A stretch of 64,000 nucleotides of DNA from a virus. Every line of letters begins with the position of its first letter. Position 1 is the stretch's first letter. The DNA lies in the IMG/VR virus record IMGVR_UViG_3300020457_000004, positions 32,001 through 96,000 of that record; one strand, 5' to 3'. The notes beneath the pieces are model-generated. The model did no database searches. It was not told the DNA's origin and saw only the letters and a program-made list of their open reading frames with translations. Both the position numbers and the translations under genes were made by a program. Positions 1 through 8,226 of the stretch are shown one piece after another.

Positions 1-108
1 TTTCCTAGACTTCAAATCGAAGTACGCGGTAGGTACATTCCTATGTTCAATCGAAACATCCTCAGTAGCGAGGAGTTTCGCAAGGTATGATTTAGAAGTT
101 ATGTCCAT
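1..108 (-). CDS. 5' part of CobT-like/vWA ('peptidase') protein conserved in marine T4-like phages; runs off the window
   Basis: Read manually from ATG at 108: MDITSKSYLAKLLATEDVSIEHRNVPTAYFDLKSRK. The LAKLLATED..EH..V.TA.F N-terminus is typical of the CobS partner in T4-like phages. Confidence 0.65.
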   Translation of the reverse strand, partial: MDITSKSYLAKLLATEDVSIEHRNVPTAYFDLKSRK

Positions 109-135
109 ATGTCTCTCACTCTCAATTACAGTACT

Positions 136-164
136 ATGATCGCATATCCCATAGCAGATGTCAA
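136..164 (-). promoter_or_regulatory. sigma70-type early promoter
   Basis: TTGACA (164-159), 17-nt spacer, TGc-GATCAT extended -10, upstream of the ORF starting at 108. Confidence 0.55.
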
Positions 165-180
165 GTAAAAGCTGCCTCTC

Positions 181-193
181 TAAGTCATTGATT
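181..193 (-). promoter_or_regulatory. IHF binding site
   Basis: AATCAATGACTTA matches WATCAANNNNTTR exactly, with an adjacent A/T tract, just upstream of a -35 element. Confidence 0.55.
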
Positions 194-228
194 TACAAGG
201 AAAAACAAAAAAAGTTTAATTTTTTTCG

Positions 229-384
229 CTAAAATTGTTCAGAAATCCACTTATCTACCGCTTCCATTTGCGCTTTTATCGCTTCTGCTTGGTCTACTAT
301 CGACTTTTTTTGGAATTTTAACTTATTTTTCTGGTGTTCTGTCATATCTTCTTGAGATATCATTTCCTCTTCTTGTTCGGCCAT
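229..384 (-). CDS. hypothetical protein (51 aa, coiled-coil-like)
   Basis: ORF track gives 229..411 (GTG). ATG at 384 has an AGGAG SD and is preferred. Confidence 0.6.
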   Translation of the reverse strand: MAEQEEEMISQEDMTEHQKNKLKFQKKSIVDQAEAIKAQMEAVDKWISEQF

Positions 385-410
385 GCGTTTTCTCCTATAA
401 AATTTACCCA

Positions 411-776
411 CTATATACGCTCAAAGTATCTTGTTACTGCCTGTATCTTTTCGATTTGTTTATCTATGATTACATCCCTGTTTGGCCAATGAATATAGTC
501 TTTTTCTGGATTCCTTTTTAAATTCTTTAACAATGGTAGTATCAAGTCTTCTGCATCGCGTAGTTTATTAGCGACATCACTTTCTACCAAAGCTCTGTGT
601 TCATTTATCATACCAGAATTATCTGCTGATAAAATCCTAGACTCTAACTGTTCTAGTTTGTCCATTATCTTATCTATTTGGTCTGTAGGTATTTCCGCCT
701 GTACAGGAACTTCTTGTCTTTCTCCTGCTGGTATATCGTCTACTGCGGTAAACCCAAAATCAAAATCATCTGCCAT
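411..776 (-). CDS. conserved hypothetical phage protein
   Basis: 121 aa, starts MADDFDFGFTAVDD, ends with LILPLL.NL..NPEKDYI.WPNR; AGGAG SD. Confidence 0.75.
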   Translation of the reverse strand: MADDFDFGFTAVDDIPAGERQEVPVQAEIPTDQIDKIMDKLEQLESRILSADNSGMINEHRALVESDVANKLRDAEDLILPLLKNLKRNPEKDYIHWPNRDVIIDKQIEKIQAVTRYFERI

Positions 777-785
777 GTTTCTCTC

Positions 786-935
786 CTAAAATGAATGGAT
801 ATATAACATCCAATCAATTAATAATATTAACCCAGCCTGTATTGTTACTGCCCCTAAAACTATGCATGATGGTAATACGGCATTGGCTAGAATGGGATTA
901 TCTTTGACCCATTGTTCAAGTTCGTTTTCGTTAAT
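786..935 (-). CDS. small membrane protein with apparent ATT start (49 aa)
   Basis: Fills the gap exactly: GGAG-taaaca-ATT, then (M)NENELEQWVKDNPILANAVLPSCIVLGAVTIQAGLILLIDWMLYIHSF*; one hydrophobic segment. Confidence 0.45.
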   Translation of the reverse strand: MNENELEQWVKDNPILANAVLPSCIVLGAVTIQAGLILLIDWMLYIHSF

Positions 936-944
936 TGTTTACTC

Positions 945-1268
945 CTATATTGCCGATGCGAATTGTATGCTTTCTCCGCACCCACAAGCACTTACTTCAT
1001 TTGGATTGGTTACTTGAATGTGAGACCCGCCTAGGTCTTTTTCAAATACTATTTCACTACCGTGTAAAAACATTTCCGCGTAGTCATCTACAACCAATAT
1101 ATCTTCTATCAGTACACCACGCTCAGAATTATCAGTATACTCCCATGTATAACTAAATCCGGCACAACCGCCACCCTTGACGCCAAGTCGTACATACTTA
1201 GCACTAGGTTTCTCATCTAAAAGTTTTTTCCAATATTTTTTTGCATCGTCAGTTAATGTTATCTGCAT
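945..1268 (-). CDS. iscA: A-type Fe-S cluster carrier (IscA/HesB family)
   Basis: ITLTD.A, VRLGVKGGGCAGFSY, NPN...ACGCGES; all three Cys present. Confidence 0.92.
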   Translation of the reverse strand: MQITLTDDAKKYWKKLLDEKPSAKYVRLGVKGGGCAGFSYTWEYTDNSERGVLIEDILVVDDYAEMFLHGSEIVFEKDLGGSHIQVTNPNEVSACGCGESIQFASAI

Positions 1269-1719
1269 GTGGTTCCTCTTTGGGCATGGTCATTTGTTCT
1301 AACCATGTAGTATTACGACCAGCTTTCTTCTCAGCCCAATCTTGTATCGCTCTTTTGATACTATCTTCTGCAAGCACCGAGCAATGTATCTTGATAGGCG
1401 GAAGTGCTAGGGCATCAGCGATGTCTTTATCTTTAATCATTTTCGCATCTTCGATGTGTAATCCTTTCAGCATTTCAACAAACATACTAGATGATGCGAT
1501 AGCTGAACCACAACCATATGTCTTAAACTTAACATCCTGTATAATATCTGTTTCGGGGTCAAGTTTAAGGTCTAATTTCATGACATCACCACATGCCGGC
1601 GCGCCTGTCATCCCTGTTGCTACATTGGGGTCATTGGGGTCAAATCTACCCACCCCATGAGCTTGGGGGTTATTTGTTACTTCTTCAAATCTTTTTATTA
1701 CTTCTTTACTATATGCCAT
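1249..1719 (-). CDS. iscU: Fe-S cluster scaffold IscU
   Basis: GAPACGDVMKL, FKTYGCGSAIASSS, LPPIKIHCSVLAED. Confidence 0.95.
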   Translation of the reverse strand: MAYSKEVIKRFEEVTNNPQAHGVGRFDPNDPNVATGMTGAPACGDVMKLDLKLDPETDIIQDVKFKTYGCGSAIASSSMFVEMLKGLHIEDAKMIKDKDIADALALPPIKIHCSVLAEDSIKRAIQDWAEKKAGRNTTWLEQMTMPKEEPHADNIN

Positions 1720-1746
1720 AGTTACGGTCTCTATTCATATGTGATA

Positions 1747-2280
1747 CTATTTATTATTTTCAATAGCTCTTTTTAATTTTTTGTGAAATTTTTTCGCCTT
1801 CTTTATCGCTCTGTCTAGTTTTACTTTAGATACCCTTTGAGTAAAATTTTGACCTAACATGTGGTCATACTCATGTAAGGCAACCCTTGCCCATAAACCC
1901 TCAAATTCTTCGATTACAACCTCATTTTCTTCGTTCTTATATGACATTGTACACTTAATAGGTCTACGCACCATCAGCGTGATGCCTGGCGCCGAGAGAC
2001 ACCCTTCTTCCATAGTATCAGTTTCTTCACTATATGTAGTTAACTCTGGGTTAAATAAAACTCTTTTAAAGTTATAGTCTGGGCCTTTATCTACACCCAT
2101 CGTAAACATTCTCGCGTTTCTTCCTACTTGGTTCGCTGATAGTCCTACACCACCTAGTTCCCTCTGTCTATTCCAAATCAGTTCAGCAAATTCTTTTGCA
2201 TCCTGTTTATCAAAATCAAACTCAGTTGGCGGAACCTTCAACATTGGATGGTTCAATGGTAATAATTCTAAATCGTTCAT
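1747..2280 (-). CDS. def: peptide deformylase
   Basis: GVGLSANQVG, EGCLS and HEYDH motifs. Confidence 0.95.
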   Translation of the reverse strand: MNDLELLPLNHPMLKVPPTEFDFDKQDAKEFAELIWNRQRELGGVGLSANQVGRNARMFTMGVDKGPDYNFKRVLFNPELTTYSEETDTMEEGCLSAPGITLMVRRPIKCTMSYKNEENEVVIEEFEGLWARVALHEYDHMLGQNFTQRVSKVKLDRAIKKAKKFHKKLKRAIENNK

Positions 2281-3947
2281 GACATCACACTATAGTTTCT
2301 TATCTTTTCAAATTTAATCTGATTTCTAAATTTATCAAACAACTGGTCACCCTTGTGAGAAATCACAAACACATTGGTTTCCTCTCCTATGGTATTCAAT
2401 AGGTTCATTACATAGTCAACCCCATTGTTATCCAAGGAACTGTCAAATACTTCATCTAGTAATAACAGGTTGGTACTCGCACTATTTTTCATTTTAGCAA
2501 TTGTACGCCATGTAAATAATAATGCCAAGTCTATTCTTTGTTTCTCACCCTCACTAAAACTGGAGTAAGAAAACTTATCTCTATGTCTGGACTTTATTGT
2601 TTCATTGAACTTTTCATCTAAATCAAAGTGAACAAAGAAATCCATAGCAGCCAAATATTTATTCACCAACTGATTGATGATTGGTAGATACTGTCTTATA
2701 ACTCTAGTCTTAATTCCTGTGTCTTTAAGCAGACTAGCAGCGGCAGTATTATAATGTTGTTCTTCACCCTTACTAGTTTTTTCTTTGTTTTTATTTGTTA
2801 GGTCAACAGCCATTTCTTTAAGTCTGTTTCTCTCATCATCTATATCAGCAACATTAGTTTCTGCTTCATTTAGTTCCAAAGTTAATCTATTCTTGTATCT
2901 TTCTTGAGTTATAAGTTCACTTTGAATCTCTGTTATGTCAGTCACAATCTGGTCATACTTTTCTATTGCATCGTGGACAGAACTATACTCTGCATCCATA
3001 TCGTGTAAACCAGTTTCTAACTCTTGTATTCTTTCTGATTTTTCTTTTTGTTTTTCTTCTTTGAACTCATGGGTTAATCCTTGTTTACAGGTAGGGCATT
3101 CTTCTGTGTCGTGGTAGAAGTCAAGTTCTTTTCTTGCTTTTCTGAGGTTAGAGTTGAGTTTGTCTTTGAGAGCATCCAGTTTGCGTTTCCGTTCTTTCGG
3201 GTCATCATGACTCTCCTTCTCTGCTGTTGTCTCTGCAAGTTTTGTCTCAAGTTCAGTAGTCGCCTCGATGAGCTCATCAATTTTCTCCTTAATTTTATCA
3301 ACTTTAATTTTCTTGTCCTTTTCCAACTGTTCAATATACTTTCTTTGAACCGTTGCTTTGGATTTTGCTACTTCCACTTCTGATTCCACATCTCTAATTT
3401 CATCTCTAAGGACGGCAATCTTCTCGCGTAACACTTGATTCATAGTCGTAAATATTTCGATATCAAGTATGTCCTCGATAATTTCTCGGCGAGATGCTGT
3501 AGGCAACTGCATAAATGGCGTAAAGGAAGCACTTCCCAGTATTACTATTTGAGTAAACGATTTGAAGTTCATCTTCAATATACTTTCTTCAAGGTATTTC
3601 TGTGTATCTCTTACAGCAGCATCTTGGTCTAACATCTGCCCGTTACAATATACCTCAAAGATACTTGGTTTAACACCGCGAATAACTTTAAACTCTTTAC
3701 CGCCTATTCTAAACTCTATTTCAACAATCATCTTTTTATTGTTGATTGAGTTTATCAACTGAGTTTTACTAATCTTACGGAATGGTTTATTAAATAAAGA
3801 AAAACATACAGCATCAAGCATTGTGGATTTACCACTACCATTCTCACCTACCACTAGAGTGCTAGGACTTCGATTAAACTCTATCTCTGTAAAACTATTT
3901 CCTGTAGACAAGAAATTTTTCCATCTTATTTTTTCAAATGTAATCAT
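2277..3947 (-). CDS. gp46: recombination endonuclease ATPase subunit (Rad50/SbcC-like)
   Basis: Walker A GENGSGKST, CPTC zinc hook, FSEGEKQRIDLALLF, LLLDEVFDSSLD. Confidence 0.96.
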   Translation of the reverse strand: MITFEKIRWKNFLSTGNSFTEIEFNRSPSTLVVGENGSGKSTMLDAVCFSLFNKPFRKISKTQLINSINNKKMIVEIEFRIGGKEFKVIRGVKPSIFEVYCNGQMLDQDAAVRDTQKYLEESILKMNFKSFTQIVILGSASFTPFMQLPTASRREIIEDILDIEIFTTMNQVLREKIAVLRDEIRDVESEVEVAKSKATVQRKYIEQLEKDKKIKVDKIKEKIDELIEATTELETKLAETTAEKESHDDPKERKRKLDALKDKLNSNLRKARKELDFYHDTEECPTCKQGLTHEFKEEKQKEKSERIQELETGLHDMDAEYSSVHDAIEKYDQIVTDITEIQSELITQERYKNRLTLELNEAETNVADIDDERNRLKEMAVDLTNKNKEKTSKGEEQHYNTAAASLLKDTGIKTRVIRQYLPIINQLVNKYLAAMDFFVHFDLDEKFNETIKSRHRDKFSYSSFSEGEKQRIDLALLFTWRTIAKMKNSASTNLLLLDEVFDSSLDNNGVDYVMNLLNTIGEETNVFVISHKGDQLFDKFRNQIKFEKIRNYSVMS

Positions 3948-4816
3948 AAATTTTTGATAAAAGGTACTACCATCTCCTCTGCATATTTTTTATGTTGTAT
4001 CACCGTGGGGTGCATAATGTTATTTTTCCTGTCCCAACCCAATCTAGTTTCTTCTACGAATTTAGTTTTAGTGTTTTCATAACACCACTCAAATTCACCA
4101 CTAGGTATAAAGTTTTCCCAATTAATTAAATTACTAATCCAAGATATCTCTGGGTCTTGGTAAACTTCACTCTGTTCACTAAAACAATTTTCGGCATATC
4201 TATGAAAAAAATATTTTATGTTTCTATTGATTAGAAACTCCTGTGTTCCCATGACGCATTGCAAACTGTGTATGATTCTTTGTACTTCATTCGCCCAAGT
4301 TTTAAAATAAATAGACCTTCCTATTTCAACATACTCTCTTGCTTTTGGATTAAATTTTACAAACGGTGTTTTTGAGTTGAGTTGTTCCTCTATGAAATAT
4401 ACGGTGGCTGGATTAAAAGGAATCCATTCTCCGTTACAATCTTTAATTGGTCTTCTTGGGTGGAATGGTACACCTTTAGCACCTATTTTTGGTTCCGAAT
4501 CATGTTTATAAATTTCAGTTCTATCATAACTAGACCACATAACACCAACCGTTATTGCCGATGTTGGGTATCCCATTTCAAACATCCTAGAAAGTGTATA
4601 CAACACTTGTCTCATAATCATGTTATTACCAACACCAGCAAAAGCAGCATTGATACAAACCATATCTAATTCGTCAGCAGTATGTTCTCCCCATGAATTA
4701 CTAGTGCCATCATTGGGAAGATTATTTTCTGGCCATTGATTAGTTGGTGCGGTAAACGAACATCCAGAAACTACCAGATATTTTTTACCTTCTTCATACT
4801 CTGGTATGTGTAACAT
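3944..4816 (-). CDS. SGNH/GDSL hydrolase-like protein
   Basis: VSGCSFT, INAA.AG.GN, VMWS..DR.E, HPT..QH..YA motifs; sits between gp47 and gp46. Confidence 0.55.
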   Translation of the reverse strand: MLHIPEYEEGKKYLVVSGCSFTAPTNQWPENNLPNDGTSNSWGEHTADELDMVCINAAFAGVGNNMIMRQVLYTLSRMFEMGYPTSAITVGVMWSSYDRTEIYKHDSEPKIGAKGVPFHPRRPIKDCNGEWIPFNPATVYFIEEQLNSKTPFVKFNPKAREYVEIGRSIYFKTWANEVQRIIHSLQCVMGTQEFLINRNIKYFFHRYAENCFSEQSEVYQDPEISWISNLINWENFIPSGEFEWCYENTKTKFVEETRLGWDRKNNIMHPTVIQHKKYAEEMVVPFIKNL

Positions 4817-5869
4817 CTAAACCTCTATGTGTTGTGCTTCTACATATAAGGATTGCAATACACTCTTTAATCTTTCTTTGTCTAAATCTGTTACGGTATT
4901 ATCAACATAATCATTTAACAATGTAATTGTATCATCAAGTTTCAAATCCATTTCTCCTACCGCGTTATCCTCAAACTCTGAAAAGTCTTCTATAATCTTT
5001 AACTCCACTAGATTACAACTGTATAATGAGTCAATCAGTTTGTCAAACTTAGCAAAGTTTTCTTTCTTTACAACAATAACTTTTACACATCCGCCAACTA
5101 AATTAGTCAAATCATATTCTACATCATCATCAACATCATTATAGAATATCTTATGAAACATTCTAAATGGATTTTGCATGAATTCTAATTCATTAGTTTG
5201 CGTATCATAGATATTGAACCCTCTATTATCGTTGAAATCAGACCATGTAATTTCATAAGGGTTACCAAGATACACCACATTATCCCTAGCAGAACGGTGA
5301 TGGTAATGACCACTACAAACCAAATCGAAGCGCTCAAAGGCATTATGATCCATTCCATGCTCATTTGGCAGACCTTTATACATTTGGAACCCAGCGAATT
5401 CAAAGTGGCCGAAACATACTTCTGCGTCAGTTCTTTTGACCATTTCCATAGTAGACTCATAATTATCGCTACATATCCAAGGAACAAATAAAATTTTTCT
5501 CCCATCAAATTCTAACTCTGTAATTTCTGGATATACGATGACATTATCATACTCTTGTAATAGTAATTCTGGTGCATTGACATCATTGGTGTTTTTGAAA
5601 TAAGTATCGTGGTTGCCTGGCACCACATGCATATCTATATTTAGGTCTTTTGCTTGGTTGAAGAAATACTCTTTACAACTCTTGAGTGTGTTGTAATTCA
5701 TATACTTTCTTCTATCAAAGATATCACCCAAATGCATAATTGTTTTTATCTCTCTTTCCGCTAGTGCTGGAAAGAAGAACTCATCATAGAATTTTCTGAA
5801 ATACGAATCAAACGGCAAACTGTCTGACCTCGCACCAAAGTGTGTATCGTTAACTAACGCTATCTTCAT
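4817..5869 (-). CDS. gp47: recombination endonuclease nuclease subunit (Mre11/SbcD-like)
   Basis: DTHFG, LGDIFDRRK, GNHD, SGHYH, YLGNPYEITWSD metallophosphoesterase motifs. Confidence 0.96.
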   Translation of the reverse strand: MKIALVNDTHFGARSDSLPFDSYFRKFYDEFFFPALAEREIKTIMHLGDIFDRRKYMNYNTLKSCKEYFFNQAKDLNIDMHVVPGNHDTYFKNTNDVNAPELLLQEYDNVIVYPEITELEFDGRKILFVPWICSDNYESTMEMVKRTDAEVCFGHFEFAGFQMYKGLPNEHGMDHNAFERFDLVCSGHYHHRSARDNVVYLGNPYEITWSDFNDNRGFNIYDTQTNELEFMQNPFRMFHKIFYNDVDDDVEYDLTNLVGGCVKVIVVKKENFAKFDKLIDSLYSCNLVELKIIEDFSEFEDNAVGEMDLKLDDTITLLNDYVDNTVTDLDKERLKSVLQSLYVEAQHIEV

Positions 5870-6851
5870 TCAATACCCCATTCATTTTATGAGAGAATAT
5901 CTCATAGTATCCCTCAAGAGTTAATAGTTTCTTACCATAGTTCATTCTATACTCTTCAAGTTTTTTATCTAACAAACTTTCATCCCTCAACTCCATGACC
6001 TTAGATTTCAAATCATCAAAGTCTTCTATTCTTTGCCAAGGGTCTATGTTATATGTGTTGTTCTTGTCGTACTGTTTCCACACAAAAGGTATCATTCCTA
6101 TTGCGAGTGCCTCCACATATCTAGATGTAGTAGCAGTCTCATCCTTCCAGTTAAAACATAATGTCCATCTGCATGGTTCTAACATAGGATATAATTGATT
6201 CCAATCTTTTATCCACGAAGCCTGTCTTTGAATACCAGATGGAAATCCACCAATCAAACATGTGCTTAAGTCTGGGTCACGATAAATCTTTCTAATAATC
6301 TTATCGCGGTTACACCCTGTCTTCATGCGTCCCCAATATCCAAAGTCGGTTCTCTTTGCCGTAGTGAATAGTGGGTTGCCAAATTTGTTTCTTATAAAGT
6401 GATACTTCATTCCGTGTATGTTACCAGAGAAATCAATCTCATCAATCTCTGTGTAAGATTTGATTGGCACATTCTGTAGTGTTTCTTCTCTGTATAACTT
6501 TTCGTCATCACCTCTATCACTTCTCATGACAATAACATGTTTGTCTTTAAAGAATGGTATGATGTTATCCATGTGGGCCTGTGACTTCGCCAAGTCTTTT
6601 GGATTCATTTGTAACTCACCATGATATCTAAACTCACTATCACTAGGGATTACTATCGCGTCAGCCCATTCTATTGACTCTGGTGTTCTCTTGGGTCTAG
6701 TACCATCAAATGATATGTTATAGGTTCCGTACTGGTGTTGGGGGTTTGCCCTCATCCACTTCACATAGTTCTCTAAAAAACTATCTAGTACCGTTTGTAG
6801 TGGGCCTTCATACTTTACATTAGACCGCAATCTAGCACATGTTATCTTCAT
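5850..6851 (-). CDS. DNA beta-glucosyltransferase-like GT-B glycosyltransferase
   Basis: C-terminal half aligns by eye with T4 BGT: KRTDFGYWGRMKTGCNRDK vs KKTLDVIYGGSFRSGQRES; TTSRYVEALAIGMIPFVWKQYD vs ITLRVWETMASDAVMLIDEEFD; DDLKSKVMELRDE vs AELIDRVNELKHS. Same position as T4 a-gt (upstream of gene 47). Confidence 0.7.
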   Translation of the reverse strand: MKITCARLRSNVKYEGPLQTVLDSFLENYVKWMRANPQHQYGTYNISFDGTRPKRTPESIEWADAIVIPSDSEFRYHGELQMNPKDLAKSQAHMDNIIPFFKDKHVIVMRSDRGDDEKLYREETLQNVPIKSYTEIDEIDFSGNIHGMKYHFIRNKFGNPLFTTAKRTDFGYWGRMKTGCNRDKIIRKIYRDPDLSTCLIGGFPSGIQRQASWIKDWNQLYPMLEPCRWTLCFNWKDETATTSRYVEALAIGMIPFVWKQYDKNNTYNIDPWQRIEDFDDLKSKVMELRDESLLDKKLEEYRMNYGKKLLTLEGYYEIFSHKMNGVLNEDSVS

Positions 6852-7180
6852 ACTTTTCTCTTTCCGTCAAACACACAAATGAAATATAAATCATTGTCAT
6901 CTGAACTATTATAAACTTTGTGAAAGACACCATCTTGAATTGGTACTATATCGCCAGCCTTAACATTGGTGTATAACGAATCTAATTCTATGATACCTTC
7001 ACCTTCAATAAAAAAATATACCTCTTCTTGACCATCGTGTTCATGTCCAGTAGTTTCCTGTCCACCACGCAATCGCGTACTACTAATTACTAATGTGTTA
7101 CCAAAAGGATTATCCTTGACAATATATCTATCGTCTTCCTTAGCAACATATCCACCAATGTCATTTTGGTTTAGGAGCAT
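6848..7180 (-). CDS. cupin-domain protein (mannose-6-phosphate isomerase type II-like)
   Basis: TTGHEHDGQEEVYFFIEGEG and GDIVPIQDGVFHKVYN cupin motifs. Confidence 0.85.
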   Translation of the reverse strand: MLLNQNDIGGYVAKEDDRYIVKDNPFGNTLVISSTRLRGGQETTGHEHDGQEEVYFFIEGEGIIELDSLYTNVKAGDIVPIQDGVFHKVYNSSDDNDLYFICVFDGKRKV

Positions 7181-7568
7181 TCCTCACTCGTTTTCTTAAA
7201 TCTGTAGAAGAGAAAGTGTGTGCTCTACTGGTATAGTAAACCTCTATGGGTAAATGACTCCCTGTAAACATCTCATCTTTATACTCTTCACCGACAAATC
7301 TTATGTCAATTCGTTTCGTATTGAGTATATCCATCAAACAACTTTCCCTGTCGTATGGGATAACCTCATCAACATATCTGAGACCATACAACTGAATGTA
7401 TCGCTCGTATATACTTTGTACTGGTTTGTTTTTATTTGACCTGTCTAGTGTGGGGTCTGTTTGTAATCCCACCATAAGAAAGTCACAATTATCTTTTGCC
7501 TCTTCAAGCATAACTACATGACCAGCGTGTAGTAAATCAAATGCACCACAAGTAAATCCTACTTTCAT
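7161..7568 (-). CDS. cytidylyltransferase (TagD/glycerol-3-phosphate cytidylyltransferase-like)
   Basis: CGAFDLLHAGH (HxGH), KPVQS..ER, VDEVIPY, R....SSTDLRKR. Confidence 0.88.
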   Translation of the reverse strand: MKVGFTCGAFDLLHAGHVVMLEEAKDNCDFLMVGLQTDPTLDRSNKNKPVQSIYERYIQLYGLRYVDEVIPYDRESCLMDILNTKRIDIRFVGEEYKDEMFTGSHLPIEVYYTSRAHTFSSTDLRKRVRNAPKPK

Positions 7569-7978
7569 TTTATTATCCTTGTAAAATTATCTAAGTCAAC
7601 AAAGTGTGGAGTGAAACTATAAATGTCACCAATCTCTTTACAATGACTCAAAACACTTCTACTTATTTTATGACTGCCTGTTATAATATAAACCTCGTCA
7701 TATTGATACTGTTTATAATACTTCCAAATTTTATGTGGTAGTTTTTCTTCTACACTACCCCCAACATTTTGATTTGTACAATCAGCATAAAATATTTGTT
7801 CGTCCTTGGTAATAATGAAATCAATTTCTCTCGCACCAGATTTAGCTCTTGTATATCCAATAGAGTTTTGCTTACAAAACTTTTCAACCAATAGTTCTAG
7901 TCTCTTACCAGAGTTTTCTGGTCTTCCTAGTATTGGTTCGTCTATATCCTCTACAACTAAACCAAGGGAGTTTTTCAT
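7565..7978 (-). CDS. PD-(D/E)XK restriction-endonuclease-like protein
   Basis: SGKRLE..V, EIDFII, ADCTNQNVGGSVEEKLP (canonical E.K.Q...GS.DEK.P, with K replaced by T). Confidence 0.6.
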   Translation of the reverse strand: MKNSLGLVVEDIDEPILGRPENSGKRLELLVEKFCKQNSIGYTRAKSGAREIDFIITKDEQIFYADCTNQNVGGSVEEKLPHKIWKYYKQYQYDEVYIITGSHKISRSVLSHCKEIGDIYSFTPHFVDLDNFTRIIK

Positions 7979-8226
7979 TGTCTGTCAGCCCACCACTCCA
8001 TTTTTTCAAAGTCATTGAAACCACCAATCAGTTCACCGTCCACAAATATCTGTGGGAATGTTCTGGCGTGAGGTGATTTTTCAAGCAGTTCATCAAATGT
8101 AAAATCTTCATCTAACATTTTTTTCTCATACTTGATATGTGTTGTTTCTTGTACTATTTGTTGTGCAATATGCACAGCCCTGTCACAGAAGGGGCAATCT
8201 GGTTTTGAATAAATTTCTATGTTCAT
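7975..8226 (-). CDS. glutaredoxin
   Basis: IYSKPDCPFC, TFPQIFVDGELIGGF. Confidence 0.93.
   Translation of the reverse strand: MNIEIYSKPDCPFCDRAVHIAQQIVQETTHIKYEKKMLDEDFTFDELLEKSPHARTFPQIFVDGELIGGFNDFEKMEWWADRQ

Noticed and set aside
3944-4816. Possible homing endonuclease (also considered for 23752..24789) because of insertion within core gene pairs
   Set aside because: No HNH, GIY-YIG or LAGLIDADG motifs; motifs point to SGNH and GT folds
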